Shown here piece after piece: positions 18,353-26,544 of a stretch of 64,000 nucleotides of DNA (position 1 is the stretch's first letter; each line of letters opens with the position of its first letter). The DNA is from Bradymonadia bacterium (lineage in GTDB: Bacteria > Myxococcota_A > Bradymonadia > UBA7976 > UBA1532), in the NCBI GenBank assembly GCA_046290225.1, contig JBKAGE010000045.1, positions 34,279 through 98,278 on the forward strand. Direction: 5' to 3'. Position numbers and translations under genes: made by a program. Below the pieces are notes generated by a model. The model was not told the DNA's origin. It did no database searches and was given only the letters and a program-made list of their open reading frames with translations.

Positions 18353-21274
18353 TCAGCCCACCTTTCCCCCAAGCACAGTCCATCCCTTGAACCGTCCCAG
18401 GAGACCAAGCCCGGGCACATTCGCTTGGTAGGTGCCGGTGTTGCGCAGATGGCAGCGACGTTGGCCCGGGATCTGGGTTTGGGCCACGATGGCCACATAC
18501 CCGCGGGGTCGGAGCACCCTGCGCACCTCTTGGAGCAGGGGAGCGAGCTCGGCGTCGGTCATCTCTTCGACGCCGCCGGCGAGCAGCAGATCACTGGCAT
18601 CGTCCGCGGGGAGATTTGCGATCGTCGACGAATCGACGATGCGCGCCTCGATGTCCTTGCTGCCCAGCATCTCTACAGCAACCTGAGCCCACGCCCCGAG
18701 AGCCAACACCGGGCCGTGTCGACGGCGCAGGCGTACGAACTCGATGCTCTCGATGCACTTGGCCAGGGCCTGCGCTTGAGCATCCTCGAGAGCGCCCACC
18801 TGGGGCATCGCGCCGACTACAGCTGAGCACTTTGGCAGCGGTAGAGGATCACCCCAGGGCCCGGCGGACATGATGACTGCCGTCTGTGCCTCGTCGCCGG
18901 CTTGCACGGCTTGGTCGTAGATGCTCCCGGCTGGATCTTTGATGATCTGGAACTCACCTTCCTCCCGGGCCAGAGCCACCATGGGCACACCCTGATCCCG
19001 CGCGGCCAGCGCAACGAAGAGATCTGCCATGTTGGGTTGGGTAAACATCTCCAGTCTCAGGGCCAGCGTCGAGGTGTGGTAGGCCATCACACCAGTCCCG
19101 AGCACATGGACCGGCGTATCGGCATCAGACGCTTCGGTCATGTGGCGGACCGTTCGATCCTGATAGTACGAGCCCACGTCCCCATGCAGAACGGCCCCGT
19201 GAAACCCAAGCACGGCCTGGCGCTGGTAGTTCTCGATGCGCGCCGCGAGCACTGAGGCGTACAGCTGCGGATACTCGATGTCGTCGTCGACAAGCAGGTG
19301 GTATGCCCCCTGGCCCTGCCGGAACTTCCACAGCAGGCGCTCGCTGCGATCGGCGTAGTAGGCCTCGGAGAGGAGATCCTCGACCCAGAGCATCTTGCCG
19401 GCGTCGCCGAGGGTGTTGTCCTCGAGGCGCACCGTGATCCAGGGCCTGTCGAGCCACTCAGGTGCTTCGTCCCAGCCGTTGAGGCAGATGTTCAAATGGT
19501 CGACTTGACCCTCGAGCCGGCGGACCACCTCTCGCAATGACTCTGCCCGCCGTGGGATCGCAGCCATCGACGCGATGACGGGGCAGGCAAGGTGGTGGGC
19601 CAACTGCCAGCAGCGGTCATCGCCGTCGACGTGGTTGATGGTGATCAGATCAACCTTGGCCCGAGCCTCAGGGTTCATCATGGATTCACCATACAGGTGC
19701 ACCACCAGGCTGCCCTTCACCCGATACTGATGCAGGCCTGCGCCATCGAGGGCCCGAGAGAGCATCATGCCCACCCCACACGAGAGTGATGGGTCTTGGT
19801 CCCATCGATCCGCCGGCGGCTCGGGGCATGTCCACTCCATGGCCTCATGAAAGACTCGATCCGCGGCGAAGGCGCCATCGACCCAACTGATCTCATCAAC
19901 CGGACCTCGACCCACAGGCGTGTGCCCCGTCCAGCAGGTGGTGTCAGGGCTATTGCGTGCCGAGTCGATGTGGAGCACCAGCGTGGCTCGATCTTCCTCG
20001 GGCGCAGATGCCCAGGCCTCGTCGAGGCGCTCGAAGAACCTGTCACACAGGCGCATATCGTCATCGAAGTACACCCACAGGCGCGGTGACTCGAGGCGCT
20101 GAGCGGCCATCTGCAGGCCACGCCATCGGCAGTACCCTCGCTTGCCATGGTTCGTGTCGGCCCTGACGTAGAGCCACCCCTTCTCGGCAAGGAAGCGCCG
20201 CACCACCAGCATGTCAGCGGTGCTGGCATCGTCGTATACCTGCACCCCGATCTGGGTCGAGGTCGCCTCGCTCTCCCGGGCCAGGTCGAGCAGTAGATCG
20301 AGCAGCTGCCCAGGGCGGTTGAAGGTCGAGATCACCACCTGCACGCCCCCGGTGGGGCACTGGGGCACTGCCAGAGCCGGCAGGTCAACCCCTGAGACGA
20401 TGCCGAGCTGCTCGAGCCACCAGTCCGCCTCGGCTTTGATCTCGGCGGCCTTCTGCTCCCTGCGGGCCTGCTTCTCGTTCTGGCCCTTTGTGCGCCCCTT
20501 GTCCTTGCGGTGGGGCTGGTGGAGGATCCGAACACTCGCCAGCAGCCGGATGTCGAGGACACCCTCTCGCTGCAGCCCCTTGAGGCGGTCGATGATCTCC
20601 TCTTTGTTGCCACCCCAGCCGGTGAAGTACTCGTCGAAGCCCCCGAGAGCCTTGAGGATGGCCCGGGGGATGATGGGCATGCCCTCGGGCAGGTCCGACA
20701 CCCTCACGCTCGCCGGCGGCCCAGGCTGGTATCGATCCAGGAACCCAGAGTGCACGGGCTCGAACTCATCGAACTTGCCCACGAGATCGGCCCAGGTCTG
20801 CTTCCCCTTGACCCATGAGCTCGACGCGCGGATCCACTTCGAGGGTGTGCCGGTGATGCCACCCATGCACGGCGTCAATACCGCGGGCAGGCCCCGATGC
20901 GTCGCCGCGGTCAACTCGGCCAGGGCGTGAGTGATCGCGTGGGGCGGGAGGATGAAATCGCCATCCATGATCCAGCACCACAGCGCCGTCGACGCTCGCC
21001 ACGCTGCGTTGCGCGCGTGGTTGCGGTGGGGCAGCTTGGCCCCCTCGGGCCGGGGGCTGTCCACCACCATGACGTCATGACGGCACGTGGGGGCCAGCTC
21101 GGCCACCAGCGCCTGCACAACACCATCGGGATCTGGTCCATCGACGGCGACGATGACGTCGAAGAGATCTGGTGCGCAGTCTTGGGCGCTCAGAGACAGC
21201 AACTGGCGCCGAAGCAGCTCGACTCGATCAGACGCCGAAGACGTTGGGATACAGACGGACAGATAGGCAGACAT
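18353..21274 (-). CDS. Giant glycosyltransferase: three GT-A (GT2-like) domains plus C-terminal methyltransferase-like domain
   Basis: SVCIPT...MDGDF...GGFDEYFTGWGG; VVISTFNR...YDDAS...FDDD; AAIPRR...DAGK...VDDDIEYP...GTG; EVRRVLRPRG. Confidence 0.85.
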   Translation of the reverse strand: MSAYLSVCIPTSSASDRVELLRRQLLSLSAQDCAPDLFDVIVAVDGPDPDGVVQALVAELAPTCRHDVMVVDSPRPEGAKLPHRNHARNAAWRASTALWCWIMDGDFILPPHAITHALAELTAATHRGLPAVLTPCMGGITGTPSKWIRASSSWVKGKQTWADLVGKFDEFEPVHSGFLDRYQPGPPASVRVSDLPEGMPIIPRAILKALGGFDEYFTGWGGNKEEIIDRLKGLQREGVLDIRLLASVRILHQPHRKDKGRTKGQNEKQARREQKAAEIKAEADWWLEQLGIVSGVDLPALAVPQCPTGGVQVVISTFNRPGQLLDLLLDLARESEATSTQIGVQVYDDASTADMLVVRRFLAEKGWLYVRADTNHGKRGYCRWRGLQMAAQRLESPRLWVYFDDDMRLCDRFFERLDEAWASAPEEDRATLVLHIDSARNSPDTTCWTGHTPVGRGPVDEISWVDGAFAADRVFHEAMEWTCPEPPADRWDQDPSLSCGVGMMLSRALDGAGLHQYRVKGSLVVHLYGESMMNPEARAKVDLITINHVDGDDRCWQLAHHLACPVIASMAAIPRRAESLREVVRRLEGQVDHLNICLNGWDEAPEWLDRPWITVRLEDNTLGDAGKMLWVEDLLSEAYYADRSERLLWKFRQGQGAYHLLVDDDIEYPQLYASVLAARIENYQRQAVLGFHGAVLHGDVGSYYQDRTVRHMTEASDADTPVHVLGTGVMAYHTSTLALRLEMFTQPNMADLFVALAARDQGVPMVALAREEGEFQIIKDPAGSIYDQAVQAGDEAQTAVIMSAGPWGDPLPLPKCSAVVGAMPQVGALEDAQAQALAKCIESIEFVRLRRRHGPVLALGAWAQVAVEMLGSKDIEARIVDSSTIANLPADDASDLLLAGGVEEMTDAELAPLLQEVRRVLRPRGYVAIVAQTQIPGQRRCHLRNTGTYQANVPGLGLLGRFKGWTVLGGKVG

Positions 21275-21394
21275 CGTTTGCTCCTATACGGGTGTCCGTG
21301 GAGCCTCTCAGCGCCTCCCGAGATGCGACGAAACCGGAAGAGGGAGGAGGAGCAAGCGCGCCGCTGTGGATCGCGAGAGAGCGTTCGACGACGA

Positions 21395-21429
21395 CAGTGA
21401 TCCAGGCGGTGCCAGCACCTGGATCACTG
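21395..21429. repeat. Perfect 12-bp inverted repeat
   Basis: CAGTGATCCAGG-N11-CCTGGATCACTG in the intergenic region. Confidence 0.8.
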
Positions 21430-21473
21430 CGAAGCAAGTACAGGCAAGGACGGCGACGACGACTGTGAGCGGA

Positions 21474-21911
21474 TCAGCCTGCCTTCTGGGCCGGGGCGGC
21501 GCCTACCAGATCCAAGGCCTCGGGGTGGGCGTCGAGTACTCGGAGCAGGTTCGACAGTGCCTGACTCGGCACGATGGAACCCGACTCATACTTATTGAAG
21601 GCTTTGACCCCGCCGCCGAGACGGATCCCAGCCTGTCGCTGGCTCAACCCGAGGCGCTCACGGATCGTCCGAACCTGGGCCGGCGAGAGCACCCCCTTGG
21701 CCTCGGCGCGCAGTTCCTGGTGTGCCTCGAAGCTCATGCGCGCCTCTGCACCAGTGAACAGGGCCTCGCCACATGCATTGCACCACCAGCCGGGCTGCAT
21801 GATCTCACGAGAGAGGGTCACACCCCCATCGGTGTACTCAACGACGTCGGGGCGCGTCTCATGGACCATGCCAGGGGCGCCACAGGACGGACACGTGGGT
21901 TGCTTGCTCAT
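21474..21911 (-). CDS. mqsA: MqsA-family antitoxin (Zn ribbon + HTH)
   Basis: CPSC...CNACGE; IRERLGLSQRQA...GGGVKAFNKYESG. Confidence 0.93.
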   Translation of the reverse strand: MSKQPTCPSCGAPGMVHETRPDVVEYTDGGVTLSREIMQPGWWCNACGEALFTGAEARMSFEAHQELRAEAKGVLSPAQVRTIRERLGLSQRQAGIRLGGGVKAFNKYESGSIVPSQALSNLLRVLDAHPEALDLVGAAPAQKAG

Positions 21912-21934
21912 GTCGATTCTCCTGGCCTGCGGCC

Positions 21935-22252
21935 TTACTTCTCTTTGAACGAGATCAGCCGGTAGCTGAACTCGATGATCTGATCCTCGCCGAACTTCAC
22001 ATACAGCATGCGACCCTCAACCCTGATGCAGGGCACATGGTAGACGTCCTGCCACTTCCTGTGATCGCCGTGGACCGTCATGCTCTTGTAGCAATGGCGA
22101 GGCTTGATGGTCTCGATCAGGGTCAAGATCTCGGCTTCATAGTACCCGAGATCCCTGGCGGTCTTCGTGGCCGTTCGGGTGATGCTCAACCCACCCTCGC
22201 TCATCTGCTTCTTGATGGCGTCGAGAGAGTAGTGTGCGCTTCGCTTTTCCAT
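21935..22252 (-). CDS. mqsR: MqsR-family mRNA interferase toxin
   Basis: MEKRSAHYSLDAIK...TRTA...YKSMT...WQDVYH...YVK...ISFKEK. Confidence 0.95.
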   Translation of the reverse strand: MEKRSAHYSLDAIKKQMSEGGLSITRTATKTARDLGYYEAEILTLIETIKPRHCYKSMTVHGDHRKWQDVYHVPCIRVEGRMLYVKFGEDQIIEFSYRLISFKEK

Positions 22253-22270
22253 AATCCCTCGCCCAAACCG

Positions 22271-22306
22271 TGTCATCATTGTGGTGACATTGGAGTAAAG
22301 AGTCAA
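22271..22306 (-). promoter_or_regulatory. mqsRA promoter and operator
   Basis: TTGACT-17-CACAAT; palindrome TGTCA-N9-TGACA (22271-22289) overlapping the -10. Confidence 0.65.
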
Positions 22307-22307
22307 T

Positions 22308-22325
22308 GGGGGGCGATTGCCCCCC
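22308..22325 (-). terminator. Hairpin after the cassette-1 gene
   Basis: GGGGGGC-AATC-GCCCCCC on the minus strand. Confidence 0.6.
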
Positions 22326-22332
22326 GTGCGTT

Positions 22333-22656
22333 TCAGTAGACCCGGCAACGACCAGAGATGAGTGCGCGGTCCTCTTCGAGGCCGAAGATGGTGTCGAAGA
22401 CGACATGCAGGGTGCCGACATGCTCACCGCATTCGAAGCACACCGCGTTGGGATCTTGCGCATCCCGATCAGTGATCGTCTTGGGGCCCTGGCCCTGGAT
22501 GCGGGGCGTCTCCGATCCACAGCAAGGGCACCTCTCCGGCTGCAGGTGGTTCACCGGGCGGTCTGAGCGACGCCCGAGGTAGACGAACTTGGCGCCCTCG
22601 TTGGGCAGGGTGCAGTGGAAGGTGTGACCGTCAGTGGTGATGAGGGTGATGTTCAT
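22333..22656 (-). CDS. Small Zn-finger hypothetical protein (leader cassette 1)
   Basis: CPCCG...CFECG; ATG is the last codon of the repeated leader. Confidence 0.7.
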   Translation of the reverse strand: MNITLITTDGHTFHCTLPNEGAKFVYLGRRSDRPVNHLQPERCPCCGSETPRIQGQGPKTITDRDAQDPNAVCFECGEHVGTLHVVFDTIFGLEEDRALISGRCRVY

Positions 22657-22698
22657 GGTGTGTCTCCGAAGGGAGTGTCCGAGGTCCGCTCGGTCGGG
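22654..22698 (-). repeat. Repeated structured leader, copy 1
   Basis: CCCGACCGAGCGGACCTCGGACACTCCCTTCGGAGACACACCATG. Confidence 0.95.
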
Positions 22699-22724
22699 TT
22701 GTTGACCATCGCCAACTGATAAAG

Positions 22725-22816
22725 ACTCTATCACCGACCTCCCTCTGTGGCAACCCTAAACAAAAACAAGTTTGTGTTGTTTTGGTGTTGACTCGAAGGA
22801 GGGGCTTCGGTATAAC
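22725..22816. promoter_or_regulatory. Divergent sigma70 promoters
   Basis: Minus: TTGCCA(22753)-17-TAGAGT. Plus: TTGACT(22788)-17-TATAAC. A/C-rich spacer between them. Confidence 0.8.
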
Positions 22817-22842
22817 CATAATCACTGAGCGACACAGAGTTG

Positions 22843-22891
22843 CTCACCCGGCCGAGCGGACCTCGGACACTCCCTTCGGAGACACACCATG
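22843..22891 (+). repeat. Repeated structured leader, copy 2
   Basis: CTCACCCGGCCGAGCGGACCTCGGACACTCCCTTCGGAGACACACCATG. Confidence 0.95.
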
Positions 22892-23122
22892 AACGCCATC
22901 AACACCAACTCCACCCTCAAGCCCACCACCAACGGCGCCATCTTCTCGGTGGCCCACTTCCACGCTCGCAACCGTGAGGGTGGCACCTACCGTGCCGCCT
23001 TCGCAGCCACCCTTCGGGCCATCACCACCATCCTGAAGACCTTCGAGGCTCGCTTCGACTGCGAGCCCGAGGACTGCGAGTGGAGCGAACTCTGCTACTT
23101 CCTCAACACCGCCCTCGACTGA
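22889..23122 (+). CDS. Small hypothetical protein (leader cassette 2)
   Basis: Strong C-ending codon bias; promoter, leader and terminator all present. Confidence 0.75.
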   Translation: MNAINTNSTLKPTTNGAIFSVAHFHARNREGGTYRAAFAATLRAITTILKTFEARFDCEPEDCEWSELCYFLNTALD

Positions 23123-23129
23123 GGGCAAC

Positions 23130-23152
23130 GGGGGGCGCAAGCCCCCCTGTTT
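23130..23152 (+). terminator. Intrinsic terminator
   Basis: GGGGGGC-GCAA-GCCCCCC-TGTTT. Confidence 0.75.
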
Positions 23153-23251
23153 CGGCCTGCTACCACGCGATGTGAGACCGGTGACCCCTTCGTCAAGAGG
23201 GTCACCATCCGACCGGGAGGACCCCGGAAGTCCCCATGTGGAGATGCACCC

Positions 23252-23797
23252 ATGATCATTACCCCCTTCATGACGGCCTCTGAGGTCCAAGCATCGGCCG
23301 AGAGCCAGGCAACCTATGCCCAGGTCCAGGCTGAGCCACTGAGGGCGCTGTATGCGTCCCTGTGGGCCGATCCCCATCGAACCGCTGGCGTCTATGCGAG
23401 GGCGTGCGGGCTTGGCGAGATCGATGCGCTACGTCGGCTGAACCAGCTTCAACGCCTCGGGCTTGTGGAGTCGAGCCCCGTCGAGTGGATCGGAGATCGC
23501 GTCATCAGCTGGAGCCCTTGTGGCTTCCGCCCTGGCGCCGTGGGCTTCAGTCTCAGTGATCAGACCATCCGCTGGACCGGGATGCATGGCAGCCGCACCA
23601 TCTCATGGGCCGAGCACGACAAGCTCATCGATGTCTTTGGCGCCACGTCCTGGCATGTAGAGGCCTGGACCCCGCTCCACTGGGCACGGCTGATGGCCCA
23701 CCCCATGGGCTCCACCTGGGCCCTGCGCTCCCTCCTGTGGACAGGGCTGTGTCACGACGTGGCGCTGCTTCCCGTCGCCGAGCGGGGAGTCTCATGA
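23252..23797 (+). CDS. Hypothetical protein, possible wHTH
   Basis: YARACGLGEIDALRRLNQLQRLGLVE; GGAG SD. Confidence 0.6.
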   Translation: MIITPFMTASEVQASAESQATYAQVQAEPLRALYASLWADPHRTAGVYARACGLGEIDALRRLNQLQRLGLVESSPVEWIGDRVISWSPCGFRPGAVGFSLSDQTIRWTGMHGSRTISWAEHDKLIDVFGATSWHVEAWTPLHWARLMAHPMGSTWALRSLLWTGLCHDVALLPVAERGVS

Positions 23798-24012
23798 GCC
23801 ACGTGTGTCAGCCCTGGAATGTGGCCTGGTTGACCTACGGTGGACCGGTCTTCGCCGTGTTGAGCGGTGGGGAAATTATCAGCGGAGAGGCGACGGACCG
23901 CCGTCTGGGACCAGGTGTTCCGCTGATCCGGGTAAGCCAGCCGGAGTCAGGTCGTGAGGTGTGGCTGCACCCTCGATATGTCTGGCCACGCTGGAAGCCG
24001 CCAGAGTCCTGA
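23794..24012 (+). CDS. Small hypothetical protein
   Basis: ATGA coupling with the upstream gene. Confidence 0.5.
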   Translation: MSHVCQPWNVAWLTYGGPVFAVLSGGEIISGEATDRRLGPGVPLIRVSQPESGREVWLHPRYVWPRWKPPES

Positions 24013-24118
24013 TGAATGCCCGAGGGGCACCAAAGGCCATACCCCGGGGCGGATGCCCCCTTTCCTTGAGCTGGGCGATATGATGTTTGACCCTCATGGG
24101 CCACGAGATGGAGATCTG

Positions 24119-24946
24119 ATGAGCGAAACTTACACCACCGTTGCCGGCGAGAAGATCACCTACGACGCTCCGGAAGCTCCGATCATGAGCTTCCTGCTTG
24201 AGGTCATGCACACGGCTGCAGATCCGAAGGTAAGCACCATGGCCCTGTACGATCTCGTGCACGGGGTACGTAACCCGATCCTCCGCCAGGGGGTCGTGCC
24301 TGGGCGAGGCATCGTGACTGATGAGGCCTACGACGATCCCGTCTACCGCATCATGCTCGATCAGATCGCCCTCAAGCGCATCGCACGGGGCGACGCCGAC
24401 ACCTCCACCGAGGGCGCCAAGATCTTCAACCTCTCCGTCTCTGAGGCGGCCGAGATCATCGGCATCTCGCCGCAGGGCGTGCGCAACTCGCTGAGCCGTG
24501 GATCTTGGCCGTACGTCCGCAAGGACGGCCGCATGATGATGGCCATCGAAGATGCCGAGCGGTGGCGCGACAAGCATCAGAACCGAGGCGCCGGGGGCAG
24601 CAAGACCCCAGGCCAGGCCGAGGCGGCGCCGTCGGGGGCTCTTCAAGTCCGCCTCGGCAACGTCAAGGGGCTGTCGTTCTTCGTGAAGAATGCGGCACCA
24701 GACCTGGCGAACAAGCGAGCCGATGGACGCCACGTGCATTGCGGCGAGATCCCCGAAGGCTGGCAGCGGATCGCAGTCAAGAGAGCTGAGGGCAAGAAGA
24801 GCACCATGTTCGTGCTCGAGCCCGGGCCGGAAGAGGCAGAGATCGAGTGGAAGGGGTTCTATGTCCGCGGGCGGTTCACCATCACACAGAAGATCAACAA
24901 CGCCCGCGAGATCAGCGCGGCATGGAAGGCGTTCGAGCCTGCTTGA
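24119..24946 (+). CDS. HTH_17 (excisionase-like) domain protein
   Basis: LSVSEAAEIIGISPQGVRNSL...RKDGR; GGAG SD. Confidence 0.7.
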   Translation: MSETYTTVAGEKITYDAPEAPIMSFLLEVMHTAADPKVSTMALYDLVHGVRNPILRQGVVPGRGIVTDEAYDDPVYRIMLDQIALKRIARGDADTSTEGAKIFNLSVSEAAEIIGISPQGVRNSLSRGSWPYVRKDGRMMMAIEDAERWRDKHQNRGAGGSKTPGQAEAAPSGALQVRLGNVKGLSFFVKNAAPDLANKRADGRHVHCGEIPEGWQRIAVKRAEGKKSTMFVLEPGPEEAEIEWKGFYVRGRFTITQKINNAREISAAWKAFEPA

Positions 24947-24990
24947 GGGGGCCGATTTTCTAATTTTCGCAAACCGGCCTCGCCCTTACC

Positions 24991-25443
24991 TCAGGCCCCT
25001 TCCAGAGCCTCCCGCACCGCTTCTCGGATGGCCTCAACCCCACCTTGTTGCTCACGGATGTTCGCCATCCACATCTTGGTGAAGTCGCACTGCTCTTCCA
25101 CCGCTATAGGGCGGAAGCGCACAGGCCGATCGGCGCCATCGAGCTCAAGGGCCTCCTGGAAGTATGGGGGGATGGACCTCGAGAAGCTCACCGGCAGCCA
25201 TGCATCAGTGGCTTCGATGTAGATGAACTCCATGTCAGGATCTGAGCACATGTCGCCGTTTTGCAGGAAGTAGTGAGCCACCGAGAACCGGTGCTCAGTC
25301 AGGCGGTTCACATAAACCGCCATGTATACGCCGTCACTGTTATCGAATTTGATGCCCTGGCCTTCTTTCAGCCCATCAGTAAGCGCCTTGAGGACGTCCG
25401 AGACCTGAGTGATGCCTTCGTCGCCAAAGAGGAAATTTGTCAT
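24991..25443 (-). CDS. DUF6908/DUF1249-like protein (leader cassette 3)
   Basis: YMAVYV...SVAHYFLQNGDMCSDPDMEF...WMANIREQ. Confidence 0.75.
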   Translation of the reverse strand: MTNFLFGDEGITQVSDVLKALTDGLKEGQGIKFDNSDGVYMAVYVNRLTEHRFSVAHYFLQNGDMCSDPDMEFIYIEATDAWLPVSFSRSIPPYFQEALELDGADRPVRFRPIAVEEQCDFTKMWMANIREQQGGVEAIREAVREALEGA

Positions 25444-25489
25444 GGTGTGTCTCCAAAGGGAGTGTCCGAGGTCCGCTCGGTCGGGTGAG
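25441..25489 (-). repeat. Repeated structured leader, copy 3
   Basis: CTCACCCGACCGAGCGGACCTCGGACACTCCCTTTGGAGACACACCATG. Confidence 0.95.
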
Positions 25490-25515
25490 AGGCTCAACGC
25501 CCATCAGTGAGTACA

Positions 25516-25544
25516 TTTATACTCGCTCTGTCTTGCCTTGTCAA
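25516..25544 (-). promoter_or_regulatory. Near-consensus sigma70 promoter
   Basis: TTGACA-17-TATAAA. Confidence 0.85.
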
Positions 25545-25656
25545 CACGGATTCAGCACAACGGTGTGTTGTTTTTGTTGTCTGGTGAGGTGGATCTGTTT
25601 CGTCAAAGATGTCTGAAGGGTGTGAGGCTCTCCTGTGACTTGCACAGGAGGTCCGA

Positions 25657-26478
25657 ATGTCTGAACTGCTCGACGACATCAACGATATCCAAACGCTGTT
25701 CCTCGAGGGGGCTGGCGAGGATTTCCCGCACCAAGATGAGATCCTGGCCCTGCTCTCACGTGTCGCCTTCGAGGTGCGTGATCTGGAGAGAGAGGCGGGC
25801 CTCCTTGCCCTCGACGAGGCCGAGCCCCCCACGCAGGCCGATGACATCGTCAAACAGGCAGGTGAGCAGGCGCTCGCCTGGGCCATTGGCCAGTGGGAGA
25901 TCGACATCCGAGAGCCTCGGCGTGGTGATCTCAACGGCGCCGAGCACATCGATGGCTACATCCGCGGAGAGTCGGGTCTGAGCTGGCGCAGTGCAGATCG
26001 CAAACGCCTGGGGCAGGCCATCGCCTACACCCGCAACAATCAGTTCCATTGGTGTGGTGCGTTCGCCGCTGCAGCGTGGGGCAACACGAATTGGCCTGTG
26101 GAGCTGGAGTACCGCCAGGACGACTTCGCTTCTGTGGATCGACTCTTCTCCTGGGGATGGGATCGGGAGGCGAAGAGGCCCAACCTGCGGCGGATCCCAC
26201 TCGACGAGATGCGAGCGGGCGACATCCTGGTGATGGGCAACCGGAAACGGAAGCGCCGGCCCTCGCGCTGGCCCGGTGCCCACATCGCGATTGTGGACCA
26301 CATCGAGGGAGACAGCGTGCACACCGTCGAGGGCAATGCCATCGGGGTCTTCCCAGATAGCACTCAGGGCGAGGGCGTGGTGCGGTGCGTTCGCCCGATG
26401 CGCTACACCCCCGGGCTCACCGACTACTATGCGATGTACGCCTACCGCCCTCTACTCGAAGATCTCGTACTGGGCTGA
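25657..26478 (+). CDS. CHAP-domain peptidoglycan hydrolase (probable endolysin)
   Basis: WCGAFA, AGDILV, HIAIV...HTVEGN. Confidence 0.85.
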   Translation: MSELLDDINDIQTLFLEGAGEDFPHQDEILALLSRVAFEVRDLEREAGLLALDEAEPPTQADDIVKQAGEQALAWAIGQWEIDIREPRRGDLNGAEHIDGYIRGESGLSWRSADRKRLGQAIAYTRNNQFHWCGAFAAAAWGNTNWPVELEYRQDDFASVDRLFSWGWDREAKRPNLRRIPLDEMRAGDILVMGNRKRKRRPSRWPGAHIAIVDHIEGDSVHTVEGNAIGVFPDSTQGEGVVRCVRPMRYTPGLTDYYAMYAYRPLLEDLVLG

Positions 26479-26544
26479 TCTGCACCTCAGGCGAGGCCTG
26501 TCCGCGCGCCCCTCTGCGCCACATCACCAGCACAGGGCGATGTC

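Noticed and set aside
22654..25489. CRISPR array or integron attC from the 45-bp repeats
   Set aside because: Copies are dispersed, in mixed orientation and include the SD and ATG; no cas or intI gene, and no regular spacers.
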